Shown here in pieces: positions 1 to 10,280 of a stretch of 64,000 nucleotides of DNA (the first letter of the stretch is position 1; each line of letters begins with the position of its first letter). This stretch comes from Pirellulales bacterium. GTDB lineage: Bacteria; Planctomycetota; Planctomycetia; Pirellulales; PALSA-1355. The stretch is from positions 2,016,001 to 2,080,000 of the forward strand of contig CAVTBU010000005.1 in the NCBI GenBank assembly GCA_963733035.1. Reading direction: 5' to 3'. The position numbers and the translations under genes are program-made. The notes under the pieces are model-generated. The model saw only the letters and a program-made list of their open reading frames with translations. It was not told the origin of the DNA and made no database searches.

Positions 1-66
1 GGCCTTGGCCGCCAGGTGTTCGGCATCGGCGTAGACCTTCAACTCGTAATCGGGCGCAGTCGTCAT
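1..66 (-). CDS. 5' fragment of a gene running off the left edge; probable 6-phosphogluconolactonase N-terminus
   Basis: ATG at 66 reads MTTAPDYELKVYADAEHLAAKA open to the edge; resembles the 'V-x-D-A-E-x-L-A' start of Pgl/DevB. Only 22 codons visible. Confidence 0.45.
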   Translation of the reverse strand, partial: MTTAPDYELKVYADAEHLAAKA

Positions 67-205
67 GGTCGTCAAACTACTCTTTTCAGCCCCAAACGGT
101 CAACTAAGTATCGTCTGTCAAATGCTATGCGCGTCTACCATCTTACACCGATAGAGAATTCGAGAGTGGAATGCTATTGGGAACTCGTCGCCAGGAATAC
201 GTACC

Positions 206-1253
206 ATGACAGCTCAGCGTAAGGCGGAAACCGCACAAGTGACCCAAGCCGTGGACGAACTACCGTCGTTTCGCTTCCCCATGGAAGAACAACCCGCGCG
301 TACCGGCAACGGGGGTTCGGCGCGAAGCCTCTATTACCCAGTTTCCCGTATCCCAAGGAATTGCGGGCGTGTCGATGCGACTGGACGAAGGTTCGATCCG
401 CGAGCTGCACTGGCACGCCAACGCGGCCGAGTGGGCCTATGTCGTCAAAGGCAACTGCCGGACGACGATTTTTTCGCCGGATGGATCGAGCGAATCCACC
501 GACTTCACGGCGGGCGACATCTGGTATTTTCCGCGCGGTTTTGGCCACTCGATTCAGGGACTGGGGCCGGGCACGTGCCACTTCATCCTGGTGTTTGATA
601 ACGGCGCGTTTTCCGAATTCGCCACCTTCAGCTTTACGGATTGGCTTGCCCAAACGCCACGCGACGTGCTGGCTAAAAACTTGAATCTGCCCGCTTCGGC
701 GCTGGCACAATTCCCAACCGAAGAGGTGTATTTCGCGCAGGGCCCAATCGAAGTTCCCGCCAGGCCATCGGTGGCCAACTCGACGCACCGCTACCGGCTT
801 GAGGCACAAACGCCGCGGAAGTTCAAAGGTGGTGAACTTCGCCTGGCGACCGTCAATGAATTTCCAATTTCCACGACGATGACTGGTGCCACCATGAATC
901 TGGAAACGGGCGGGCTACGCGAACTTCATTGGCACCCCAATGCCGACGAATGGCAATACGTGCTCGAAGGCCAAGTGCGGATGACCGTGTTCGCATCGAA
1001 AGGCCGCGCTCAGACGGTCGACCTCTCGGCTGGCGACGTCGGCTACGTGCCGCAAGGCTACGGACACTATCTGCAAAACATAGGTCCCGCAAACTGCCGA
1101 ATCTTACTCGTTTTCAACGCTGGCACGTATGAAGACATCGACCTGAGCGGCTGGATCGCCTCCAACGCCAGGCAACTCGTGGCGACGAACCTCGGTGTGC
1201 CCGAGTCGCTTCTCGGACCCACACCGAACGAGACGTTGTTCATCACCCAGTAA
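206..1253 (+). CDS. Bicupin, oxalate decarboxylase family (one frame break at ~321)
   Basis: Two RELHWH Mn-binding cupin motifs; lid segment DNGAFSEFATF. ORF 206 (to GNGGSAR) joins the ORF 369 frame (EASITQFPVSQGIAGVSMRL) if 2 nt are restored at GGCGCGAAGCC. Confidence 0.85.
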
Positions 1254-1292
1254 ACGAGATTCCGACGAGTTGGCAGCGAAGACACACGGCGC

Positions 1293-2156
1293 TCAAGCCA
1301 CACGCCGCGAGGACTCGCTCGGCCGCGGCGCTGCCGGCTGCGGATCGCTTTGGATAGGACCGGAGCGGCTCACCCGCCGGATCCGTTGAATTCGCTCGAA
1401 GAAACTGGGCGACAACCGCTTCACCCACCAAATCAACTGCGCGGAAGCCGAAACGACCACGAGACCCTGGTTCTTGCGAATTGCTCGCACGGCTCGCCGC
1501 GCAACGCGCTGCGGAGAAGCAGTTATCCAGCGCGGAAACCGCGGCACGGATTTCGCCCCGCCCGTCATCGCGGATTGAAAAATCCCCGTTTGCACCAAGC
1601 CCGGACAGAGGGCCGTCACACCCAGCCCGCGGGATCCGTATTCGGCACGGAGCGATTCGGAAAAACCGACAAGGGCGAACTTCGTGGCGTTATAGGCCGA
1701 CAAACGGGCAACGCCGACCAGGCCCGCGATACTGCAAATGTTCAATATGTGGGCCTCGGGGCGTGCGAGCAAAGTTGGCAGCAGCTGATGTGTCAATTGC
1801 AGTGGCGCAAGCAAATTGACGCCGAGGAGACGTCGCCACTGTTGGTCGGACATCTCGTGCGTGGTGCCATAGTAGGCCACGCCGGCGTTATTCACGAGGA
1901 TATCCAGGCTGGGGAATTCCCCTTGCACGCGGCGCGTCAAATGTGCCATAGCGTCCGAGCAGCACAGATCGGCGACCTGCCATTCGATGCGACCGCCGTA
2001 CTGTGCTGCAAGCTGCGCAGTCGCCAGCAGCCCATCGCTGTCGATGTCGATCAAAAACAAATCGACACCTTGGCGCGCAAGTTCAATAGCCAACGCCCGG
2101 CCAATTCCGGACGCGGCACCCGTGATGAGAGCCAGTTTGCCGTGAAGGGAGTCCAT
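1293..2156 (-). CDS. Short-chain dehydrogenase/reductase (SDR)
   Basis: TGAASGIG, NNAG and YNATK (YxxxK) motifs. Confidence 0.92.
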   Translation of the reverse strand: MDSLHGKLALITGAASGIGRALAIELARQGVDLFLIDIDSDGLLATAQLAAQYGGRIEWQVADLCCSDAMAHLTRRVQGEFPSLDILVNNAGVAYYGTTHEMSDQQWRRLLGVNLLAPLQLTHQLLPTLLARPEAHILNICSIAGLVGVARLSAYNATKFALVGFSESLRAEYGSRGLGVTALCPGLVQTGIFQSAMTGGAKSVPRFPRWITASPQRVARRAVRAIRKNQGLVVVSASAQLIWWVKRLSPSFFERIQRIRRVSRSGPIQSDPQPAAPRPSESSRRVA

Positions 2157-2536
2157 CTTGATGAGAGCGGTGCGTTTGGGTCAAGGACGTCCGCCTTTCA
2201 AACCCATCGGCAGATCCGCAACGCCGACTTGAGGTTAGGGCCTCACGCGGAGCCAACGCCCGTGCGATTTCTCTGCGATGCCGCGGCCGATAGCAAGCAC
2301 CGCGAACGCCTATGGACGGTTGCAAGCGAGTGCACGACAGCAGTGCGCGATGGCCGCTCGGGGCAACTCGTGATATAAACTCTTGGTCCAAAACCAATTT
2401 CTCCGTTTTTTTCGATCATTCGATTCAAAAGCCCCTGTCGCCGGTAAACCGGCACAAGTGGAATGACGTCCTAAACCCGCCTCGACAATTGGCTCGGGGG
2501 TTGTGTTTCAGCGGCTCAACCAAGGAGAACCAGGCG

Positions 2537-3652
2537 ATTAACTCCTTCGAACTGCTGATTGGCCTGGCCGTGGTGGCGGTCATTCTCTACGACGTGTTTG
2601 AAACCGTGGTTGTTCCGCGCCGCACGGAAAGCAAATGGCGGCTTGCACCGCCGATCCTGTTTCTCTTGTGGCCGCTCTGGCAACGAATCGGCCTGCGAAT
2701 CACGCCCACTTGGCGACGCGAAGACTTTCTCGGCACGTTCGCGCCGTTCGCGATCATGCTGATCCTGATGATCTGGGTTCTGGCCCTCATCTTTGGCTTT
2801 GGGCTCGTGTTCCATGCCTTGCAAGACGACCTGAAGCCACCACCGCGCGACTTCGTGGCGGCTTTCTACGCGGCGGGGACAGCGCTGTTGACGATCGGCT
2901 ACGGCGATATCGTCCCGCAATCCATGCTGGCACGGGGCATTGCACTTTTGGCCGGCGCGGCTGGCTTGGCCGTGGTCGCCCTGGTCATTTCGCTCGCATT
3001 CAACCTCTACGGGTCATTCTCGCGTCGTGAGGTGCTCGTGTTGCTGCTCGATCCACGCGCAGGCGTTCCGCCGTCGGGTGTAACTCTGTTGGAAACCTAC
3101 GGCGAAAAGCAAATCGTCGGACAGTTGGGGTCCCTCTTCAATCAGTACGAAGCCTGGACCGCGGAGCTTCTCGACAGTCATTTGGCATATCCGGTGCTGC
3201 CGTTCTTTCGTTCGTCCCATGAGAGCCAATCCTGGGTCAGCGCGCTCGGCGCGCTTTTGGATGCGGCAACCCTGATGGTTACCGCTATCGAGCCAGCTGC
3301 GGATGCCAACGAAGCTGAGCGCGCAAGTCGCGCCGCAGCGGAGATGATGTACGAAACCGGCTGTCACGCGCTGATCGATTTGACCCAGTCGCGATTACTT
3401 CCCAGCTCGAAGGCCAAGTTGGCCGTGGGACCCGGAATTGAACGGACCGAATTCGTGGCCGCCTGCGAACGGTTGCGTTCGGCGGGCTTCGCGGCCACTT
3501 GCAGTGACGCCGCCTGGCAGGCCTTCGCCGAACATCGCGGCGTGTATGCCACGCGGCTCAACGTCATCGCTCGCTATTTGGCAGCTCCCCCCACGCAGTG
3601 GATTGGCGACCGCTCGGTTCTGAACTACCATCGGCAGCCCCACTTACACTGA
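2537..3652 (+). CDS. Potassium-channel-family membrane protein with soluble C-terminal domain; start uncertain
   Basis: Hydrophobic helices around the TIGYGD selectivity filter. The best RBS (AAGGAG 2522-2527) precedes an in-frame ATT at 2537; the ORF-track start at 2312 adds non-protein-like sequence. Confidence 0.8.
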   Translation: MNSFELLIGLAVVAVILYDVFETVVVPRRTESKWRLAPPILFLLWPLWQRIGLRITPTWRREDFLGTFAPFAIMLILMIWVLALIFGFGLVFHALQDDLKPPPRDFVAAFYAAGTALLTIGYGDIVPQSMLARGIALLAGAAGLAVVALVISLAFNLYGSFSRREVLVLLLDPRAGVPPSGVTLLETYGEKQIVGQLGSLFNQYEAWTAELLDSHLAYPVLPFFRSSHESQSWVSALGALLDAATLMVTAIEPAADANEAERASRAAAEMMYETGCHALIDLTQSRLLPSSKAKLAVGPGIERTEFVAACERLRSAGFAATCSDAAWQAFAEHRGVYATRLNVIARYLAAPPTQWIGDRSVLNYHRQPHLH

Positions 3653-3870
3653 ATACACTAAGGAAATGTCTCGAAAAGCTGCAGAAGCGGCCCTGGTCCT
3701 GTAACTCAAAGTGCGGTAACGCTCGGTATGAGAGGCTTTTGCGCTCAACTCAATTCGCTTTCGCTTCACGAGTCCGCATCTATAATACTTCTATCCCCAG
3801 ACACTTCGTTTGGCACGGAAGGGACCATGTCCGGTTGGTTCCGGAATTTCGCTCAACAGATTGTGACCCT

Positions 3871-4539
3871 ATGTCGCTCGAGCCGTTCGATTCGTCAATC
3901 AGCGAACTTGAGCGATCGCGTTCAGTGACCGGTCAGCACATCGAGTCGCTGATGGTCAGGGCAGCCGAATCCCCAACTTCAATTGGGCCACTCCTCGAAG
4001 CGTGTCGTAGTTATCTACTTGTTGTCGCTAGCGATGAACTTGCCAGTGACGTGCGTGCAAAAGTGGCTTCCAGCGATCTCGTGCAGCAATCTCTGATCGA
4101 GGCGTATCAAGGTTTTGACGGATTCCACGGAACGACTGCTGCTGAGTTGTTGGCCTGGCTACGGCGCGTATTGATTAACAACGTTGTCGATGCGACGCGC
4201 GGTTTTCGGGCCACCGGCAAACGGGCGATTAGCCGTGAAGTGTCAATTGAAGCAAATACTTCGGGGGTCGGGCTCGCCGGAGCGCTTGTCGACGCCGAGC
4301 CCTCGCCATTCATGCACGCGGTAGCGTCCGAGGAGAGCGAACGACTTTTCCACATGCTCATGAAGCTCAACTCGCGAGACCAACAAGTCATCCGACTCAG
4401 GAATTGGGAGCAAATCTCCTTTGCGGAAATCGGACGCCAGCTTGAAACGACGGAAGAAGCCGCACGAAAACTTTGGACTCGGGCTGTGCAGCGATTGGCT
4501 CGCGAGTTGAAGGTATCCCATGACGACAACTCCGTCTAG
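3871..4539 (+). CDS. ECF sigma-70 factor, planctomycete type
   Basis: Region 2 (RSYL...SDLVQQ...FHGTTAAELLAWLRRVLINN) and region 4 (IRLRNWEQISFAEIGRQL...ARKLWTRA); overlaps kinase start by 20 nt. Start chosen at ATG 3871. Confidence 0.88.
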   Translation: MSLEPFDSSISELERSRSVTGQHIESLMVRAAESPTSIGPLLEACRSYLLVVASDELASDVRAKVASSDLVQQSLIEAYQGFDGFHGTTAAELLAWLRRVLINNVVDATRGFRATGKRAISREVSIEANTSGVGLAGALVDAEPSPFMHAVASEESERLFHMLMKLNSRDQQVIRLRNWEQISFAEIGRQLETTEEAARKLWTRAVQRLARELKVSHDDNSV

Positions 4540-7500
4540 GCACAATAAAGACGGCGGCTGGGTCGAGGCCTTGCATGCGATGGTCGTCGGCGACACGGAC
4601 GCCGAATTGCGTACAAGCGCGAAACTTCCAGGCGACGAAAAGGATGCTGTACTCGACTGCCTACGGCAATTGGAACAAGTTCGCCGCTCCGGTGTTTGGC
4701 GACATTCCTGGCCGTCGATCGCGTTGGCGTCATCGTGCGATGGACGTCGGCTGGGACGATTCGAGATTATTCGCGAACTTGGACGGGGTGGGCACGGAGT
4801 GGTCTTGCTGGCCCTCGATCCGAACCTTCGCCGAGAAGTGGCACTTAAGGTACCTCGACCGGAAGTTCTCGCCGTGGCGGAGCTGCGCAAGCGATTCCTG
4901 CGCGAGGCCCATGCCGCGGCTCGTCTGTCCCATCCCGGTATCGTCACAGTATATGAAATCGGTGACGTCTGGCCAGGCTGCTACCTGGCAACGGACTACT
5001 GCTCGGGCGGATCGTTGCAAACGCACTTGGCCAGCCGTGCCGAGGGCCTGGCATCGCGGACGGCGGCCTCGGTGGTGGCGGAATTAGCCTCGGCCGTTCA
5101 ATACGCGCACGAGCACGGCGTGTTGCATCGTGATATCAAACCCAGCAACGTGCTTTTGGCCCCGCGAGACGATGTTGAACAAGCGTTGCCAAGCGATCCG
5201 CTGCTACGTTTGAAACCCAAGTTGGCGGACTTCGGTCTGGCGCGATTGGCCGACAACGACGCGGAGCAAACTGCCACCGGCACGTTATTGGGTACGCTCG
5301 CGTACATGGCTCCCGAACAGGCTGAAGGTCGCCTGCATGACGTTGGTCCTAAGACTGACGTGTACGCGATGGGCGCTTTGCTCTATGAGATGCTGACCGG
5401 CCAGCCGCCCGCTCGCGGATCGAGCGATGCCGACACCCTACGTCAGATACTCTTTGTCGAACCAATGCGGCCGCGGACGTTGCGGCGCGACATAGCAAAA
5501 GATCTGGAAGCAATCTGCCTGCGTGCCTTGGAAAAGGATCCGCGGCAGCGCTATTCGTCGGCGGGTCTTTTGGCCGAGGATTTGCAGCGTTACCTGAAAG
5601 GGCTGCCGGTTCTCGCCAAACCGCCGACCGCGCTGCAACGTGCCGCCAAATGGGCTCGCCGTCGCCCGGCACTAGCGGCCCTAATGGGTGTGTGCGCGGT
5701 AACGGTCGTGGCTGGCATTCTTGGGCTAAGTGCCTACAACGTGCAACTCCGGCAGTTGACGGATCAGGCAATCGCTAGCGAGCGAAACGCCCAACAGTTG
5801 CTGTACGCAGCTGACATGGCAATCGTGCAGCAAGTAATTGACAATGGTGGTGTACATCAGGCGAACGAGCTACTGGAACGTCACCGCTTCGACAACCAAC
5901 AGGGCAAACAACGCGATTTTGCCTGGTACTTTTTAGACAATCTCCTGCATCGGGATCAGGGCAGCCTGCCTCGTCATCCGGGGGACGTGTACGGCTTGGC
6001 CTTCTCTCCCGATGGACGAAGGCTGGCCACAACCTGTCGCGATGGCCACGTGAGAGTATGGCGACTGCCCGACAAGAAACTCTTGCACGAATTGCAATCG
6101 CACCGTGGCGAAGCCGGCGCAGTCGCATTTTCACCCGACGGCGGCCTCTTGGCCTCGGGTGGCGATGATGGTCGCGTGGTCGTCTATGAATCCGCCAACT
6201 ACCGCGTGCTCCACGTACTTGAGAATCCGGCCGGCCAGACCAAAACCGAAGTAACGGTGGCCGGTATTCAGTTCACGCCCGACGGGGGGCGACTCTTCGC
6301 AGGCATGGGACACGATATATGTGTTTGGAACGTTACGACCGGCAACCTGATTGGCCGGCGACCCGAGGCACACGGGCTCGATATCCGCGCGATTAGTCTC
6401 TCGTCGGACGCCACCAAGTTGCTAACGGTTCGGGGCGATGCATGCTTTTGGAATGCCGACTCGCTCGAACCGATTACGACCATTCAGCCAGGGGCAGCAT
6501 CGAGTTGGCGCGGTGGGCGATTCTTTCGAGATGGTCGCCACGCGGTGCTGACCAACGTGGACGGTTCGCTAGTCGTATGCGATTTAGCCGACGACAAGCT
6601 CACCAGCCCAGGCTCCTCCAACCACACATCGGCGGCTTCGGAAGTGGCCATCACAACCGACTCACGAATCATGATTTCGGTTGGTGATGACGGACTGATC
6701 CAAGTCTACGACGCACCGCTTGACGAACAGAACCTGGGCCGACTGCGCGTTTACCGTCGACATCAGGGCCGTGTGTGGGACGTAAAGCTTGCGCCCGACG
6801 AGAGCTTTTTTGTGTCGGCCGGAGCCGACGGTGAGGTGGTGTTCTGGGAGACCCCTCGCAACACAAGGTCCTTTGAGGCAGATGGCAGTGTCGAAATATG
6901 GTCCGCTCCAAGCAGCCCGTTGCAGGCGTTGGCTTATTCGCCCGATGGACGGTTCGTGGCGTGTGGGGGCAATACGCCGCTTACGAACATTGTCGACCGT
7001 CGCACCGGCCGTGTGCTGCGCTTACCTAGCAAGATTGGCTTCGGTCCCAACCTCTGCTTCACCGCCAACAGTCGTCAATTGATTTCGGTCGAATATCGTA
7101 CCGCGCTGCGCGTCTGGGATGTTCGCAACGGTCAGCTACTGTCTTCGCTTGACATGCCTGAGGAAGTGTACGGCACCGAACAATCGCCGCGAAACGATCG
7201 GCTTGCGTTGGTGTTTGGTGCCAACAAGGTCCGCCTCTACTCGTCGCCGGAGCTTCAACCGCTTCATGAATTCGCGGATAAACGCGACTGTAACTTTGCA
7301 CGCTTCGACCCATCGGGCGACTCGCTGATCTTTGGTCGGGACGGTGAACTTGCCGCATTCGATCCCTATACTTTCAGGCAGAAATGGAGTGTCGGCAAGT
7401 CTGGCGATTCCTTTTACGACGTCGACTGGGTGAGCGATCATGAGATCGTTGTTGCCGAGGGACGCGATGGCGTGGCGCTCCGCAAGGCAGAAGACGGAGA

Positions 7501-8665
7501 ACTAATCAAACGTTTGGCTGGTCATCCCGAAGCCGTTCGAACTGTAGCTGCGTCACCGCACCTGCGCAATTTTGCCAGCGCATCGGACAGTTCGATGCTA
7601 CTCTGGGACCGACGAACGCTACAGCCACTACTGAAATTTGAGGACAGACTACTGCCCAACCGAAGAGGCTTACAGTTCAGTCCTCAGGGAGACGAGTTGG
7701 TGATGGCCCAAAATCGCCCTGGCGGACCGCTGAGCACGTTGCTCGCCGCGCCGCGCGGCAAGGGCCATACACGCGTTCCGTGGATCTGGCCCATGGACAT
7801 GCGGGCCTGGACCGTGAAGCGTACAGACAACCGTTTGACCTCCGCCTTCGCGTGGCGGCCTGGGGTTGAAGCCGTCCTGTTGGGCGATGCGTCCGGCAAG
7901 TTACGGAACTGGTCCGATGGTGCCGATTGGACGCCGTGCGAAACGATGACCACGCCATTCCGGCATCTTCTCATGGCACAAGATGGCCAACGCGTGTTGA
8001 CCATCCAAAGCGGCGGTCAGGCACACTGGCGGTCGCCTGACGGTCTGGTCGGAAAACCATTCCAGCTACCCCTCGGCAAATACGACTTTGTGGAATTGCA
8101 TCAACAAGAACTGTTGCTGGGCTTCGCCAGTGAGAGCGCATTGATCGTTGTCGACGCAACCTCTGGAGAAGAAACATGGCGCAGCGAACATCCTGATCCA
8201 ATAACCGGGATGAAACAACTGCCAACAGGGCAATTGATCACGACATGCGAGGATGGTGGAGTCCGCTCATTCGATTTCCAATCCGGCGTTCTAACCCGGC
8301 ACGAGCAAGCAGTAGCTGGAATCGCGATTACTTGGCTTGATTGCTCGACGGACGGCTCACAACTTGTCGTCCTGGCCACGGACGGCTCGATTCGCGTCCT
8401 CGAATCAAGCAAACTCCGAGAAATCCGTCGCTTTCCACAACCACCAAACGTCCGGAGCGTCTACTTTTTCGGATGCGATCGCTGGTTGCTGTTCGGCGAG
8501 GGTCGCCAACCGCTGTTGGAAATTGCGACGGGGAAACATCTACTTCCCCTACCCGTTGGACCGGATGCGAACGTTCGCACTGTTTCGCCGGGAGGCGACG
8601 CCGCTATTGCTTCCGACGACGCATCGCTGTATTTGATCGAGCTAAATGGATCCACGCTCGACTAA
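4520..8665 (+). CDS. Hanks-type Ser/Thr protein kinase with one TM helix and many WD40 repeats
   Basis: GRGGHG, VALK, HRDIKPSN, DFGLAR, YMAPE, DVYAMG motifs; TM LAALMGVCAVTVVAGILGL; repeated AFSPDG...VRVW units. Confidence 0.95.
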   Translation: MTTTPSRHNKDGGWVEALHAMVVGDTDAELRTSAKLPGDEKDAVLDCLRQLEQVRRSGVWRHSWPSIALASSCDGRRLGRFEIIRELGRGGHGVVLLALDPNLRREVALKVPRPEVLAVAELRKRFLREAHAAARLSHPGIVTVYEIGDVWPGCYLATDYCSGGSLQTHLASRAEGLASRTAASVVAELASAVQYAHEHGVLHRDIKPSNVLLAPRDDVEQALPSDPLLRLKPKLADFGLARLADNDAEQTATGTLLGTLAYMAPEQAEGRLHDVGPKTDVYAMGALLYEMLTGQPPARGSSDADTLRQILFVEPMRPRTLRRDIAKDLEAICLRALEKDPRQRYSSAGLLAEDLQRYLKGLPVLAKPPTALQRAAKWARRRPALAALMGVCAVTVVAGILGLSAYNVQLRQLTDQAIASERNAQQLLYAADMAIVQQVIDNGGVHQANELLERHRFDNQQGKQRDFAWYFLDNLLHRDQGSLPRHPGDVYGLAFSPDGRRLATTCRDGHVRVWRLPDKKLLHELQSHRGEAGAVAFSPDGGLLASGGDDGRVVVYESANYRVLHVLENPAGQTKTEVTVAGIQFTPDGGRLFAGMGHDICVWNVTTGNLIGRRPEAHGLDIRAISLSSDATKLLTVRGDACFWNADSLEPITTIQPGAASSWRGGRFFRDGRHAVLTNVDGSLVVCDLADDKLTSPGSSNHTSAASEVAITTDSRIMISVGDDGLIQVYDAPLDEQNLGRLRVYRRHQGRVWDVKLAPDESFFVSAGADGEVVFWETPRNTRSFEADGSVEIWSAPSSPLQALAYSPDGRFVACGGNTPLTNIVDRRTGRVLRLPSKIGFGPNLCFTANSRQLISVEYRTALRVWDVRNGQLLSSLDMPEEVYGTEQSPRNDRLALVFGANKVRLYSSPELQPLHEFADKRDCNFARFDPSGDSLIFGRDGELAAFDPYTFRQKWSVGKSGDSFYDVDWVSDHEIVVAEGRDGVALRKAEDGELIKRLAGHPEAVRTVAASPHLRNFASASDSSMLLWDRRTLQPLLKFEDRLLPNRRGLQFSPQGDELVMAQNRPGGPLSTLLAAPRGKGHTRVPWIWPMDMRAWTVKRTDNRLTSAFAWRPGVEAVLLGDASGKLRNWSDGADWTPCETMTTPFRHLLMAQDGQRVLTIQSGGQAHWRSPDGLVGKPFQLPLGKYDFVELHQQELLLGFASESALIVVDATSGEETWRSEHPDPITGMKQLPTGQLITTCEDGGVRSFDFQSGVLTRHEQAVAGIAITWLDCSTDGSQLVVLATDGSIRVLESSKLREIRRFPQPPNVRSVYFFGCDRWLLFGEGRQPLLEIATGKHLLPLPVGPDANVRTVSPGGDAAIASDDASLYLIELNGSTLD

Positions 8666-9915
8666 TGCGCGTCCAACCTCACCTTGCTTGGTCGTACATG
8701 CGGTGCAGGAACCTGGTCAGCTGGGATGTCCACTGGCACATGAGGCCTGGCCGGAGGCAGTGGCCCGACTTTCGGTCCCCAGTTGAACAAAACCTTGGTG
8801 ATATACCAGCGTGCAATGGGGGCCATCCGCCACCACAGCATCTTTTGCACGAACGGGTATGGCAGTCGGTTCAAAAGCCGCGCGGCGTGGGTCCGGCGTT
8901 TCAGTGATTTGCCCATCGGAGTGGCAAGAATGGATGCGCCGTAGTCCGTGAACGAGTAGTCACCTCGCTCGAACGCGTCGCCGATGGCCCGGGCGGCCAG
9001 TTCACCGTAAGCCAATGCCGGACTGATTCCCTCACCAAACGTGGCATCCACGCCAGCGGCATCTCCAACGAGCACCACATTGGGAGCCGAGAAGCGCGCC
9101 TTCGGTTCAAATAGCCGAATCGGATGCCCTTCCAGGTGGTAATCGTCCAGGCGGTATCCCGAGTGCTCAAGCCAGTCAGCCACCACCGGTCTTAGCGAAC
9201 CGACCGACTTGCGTGACACGGTGCGGCTGTCGTACACACCCCAGTTCCTCATGCGGGTGCCGGCAATCTTGGTGGGAAAGCTCCACACGTAGCCTTGCAC
9301 GCCACGCGGAATGTAACTGAAATCTAGCAGCGCGTCGTCGTCGGCCATGGTCGAGGGCAATTCCGGCGGGTCGGCGGGTGTCACCAGCTCAACCAGCCGC
9401 GCGATGGGCGAGGGATGCTCCCCCTCGGGCACGAGCCGCCGCACAACGCCGCTGCTGCCATCGGCACCAACGATCACGCGTGCGTGAAATGTGCCCCGAT
9501 TGGTTTCCACTTGCACGCCGTCCTCGGTGCGGCTCAGTTTGATAACGCGAGTTTCTTCCTTGATTTCGACCCCTCGACTACGGACCTGGTCGGCGAGCCA
9601 ACCGTCGAATTCATTGCGGCGTACAACCCGAAACGCAAAGTCGGGATTAAATCGCAATGGAAAGCCCTTGCCGCGAAAAGTCACCCAGGCCCAATCGACG
9701 TCGACGTGCGGAACCTCGCGATAGTCGAGCCCAAGCCGGCGCAAGATGACGTCGACCTCGGGAACGCAGCCGCCGCCGCACAGCTTATGCCGGGGGTGAC
9801 GATCGCGCTCCAGCACGAGCGTCCGCTCGGCAAGGGCGGGATTTAGATGCGCCAAATGCAGGGCCGTGGAACTTCCGGCCGGACCCGAGCCCACAATGAT
9901 GACGTCGTAGCGCAC
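8662..9915 (-). CDS. FAD-dependent oxidoreductase, geranylgeranyl reductase family
   Basis: VGSGPAG, KLCGG, GADG, VGDAAG...GEGI motifs. Confidence 0.88.
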   Translation of the reverse strand: MRYDVIIVGSGPAGSSTALHLAHLNPALAERTLVLERDRHPRHKLCGGGCVPEVDVILRRLGLDYREVPHVDVDWAWVTFRGKGFPLRFNPDFAFRVVRRNEFDGWLADQVRSRGVEIKEETRVIKLSRTEDGVQVETNRGTFHARVIVGADGSSGVVRRLVPEGEHPSPIARLVELVTPADPPELPSTMADDDALLDFSYIPRGVQGYVWSFPTKIAGTRMRNWGVYDSRTVSRKSVGSLRPVVADWLEHSGYRLDDYHLEGHPIRLFEPKARFSAPNVVLVGDAAGVDATFGEGISPALAYGELAARAIGDAFERGDYSFTDYGASILATPMGKSLKRRTHAARLLNRLPYPFVQKMLWWRMAPIARWYITKVLFNWGPKVGPLPPARPHVPVDIPADQVPAPHVRPSKVRLDAH

Positions 9916-10280
9916 AAACCACCCCGGGCAACTCAGAAATCAAATCAATCGAAAAGACTAGCGAACGTTCGATTCGCCTCGAAACATCCGTTGGCAACAT
10001 CGGCCCTTTGGCCGTAATTTCGATGTTACTCGCTAGGGAGCGAAATGAACACAAAAAACCGGTCGTTGCCCGGGCCGGCCCGCGATCGGCACCCGTCGTC
10101 GTCGGCATAAACGGACTGGCTTGCGCGGTCGACCCTGCACGGACAGGAGCGAGGGGCGAGTTCCAGTCAAACTGACGTGCACGATCGTACAGGTGAGGCG
10201 GATTTCTCCAACGTGTGCGGTAGCGTGCCACTGCGGCCAGGCCGCTGGCCGAGTGGTCGATCGCGAAAGCGACTCCGAAC

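Noticed and set aside
3810..3827. TGGCAC as a sigma54 -24 box upstream of the ECF gene
   Set aside because: No TTGC -12 element at the required spacing.
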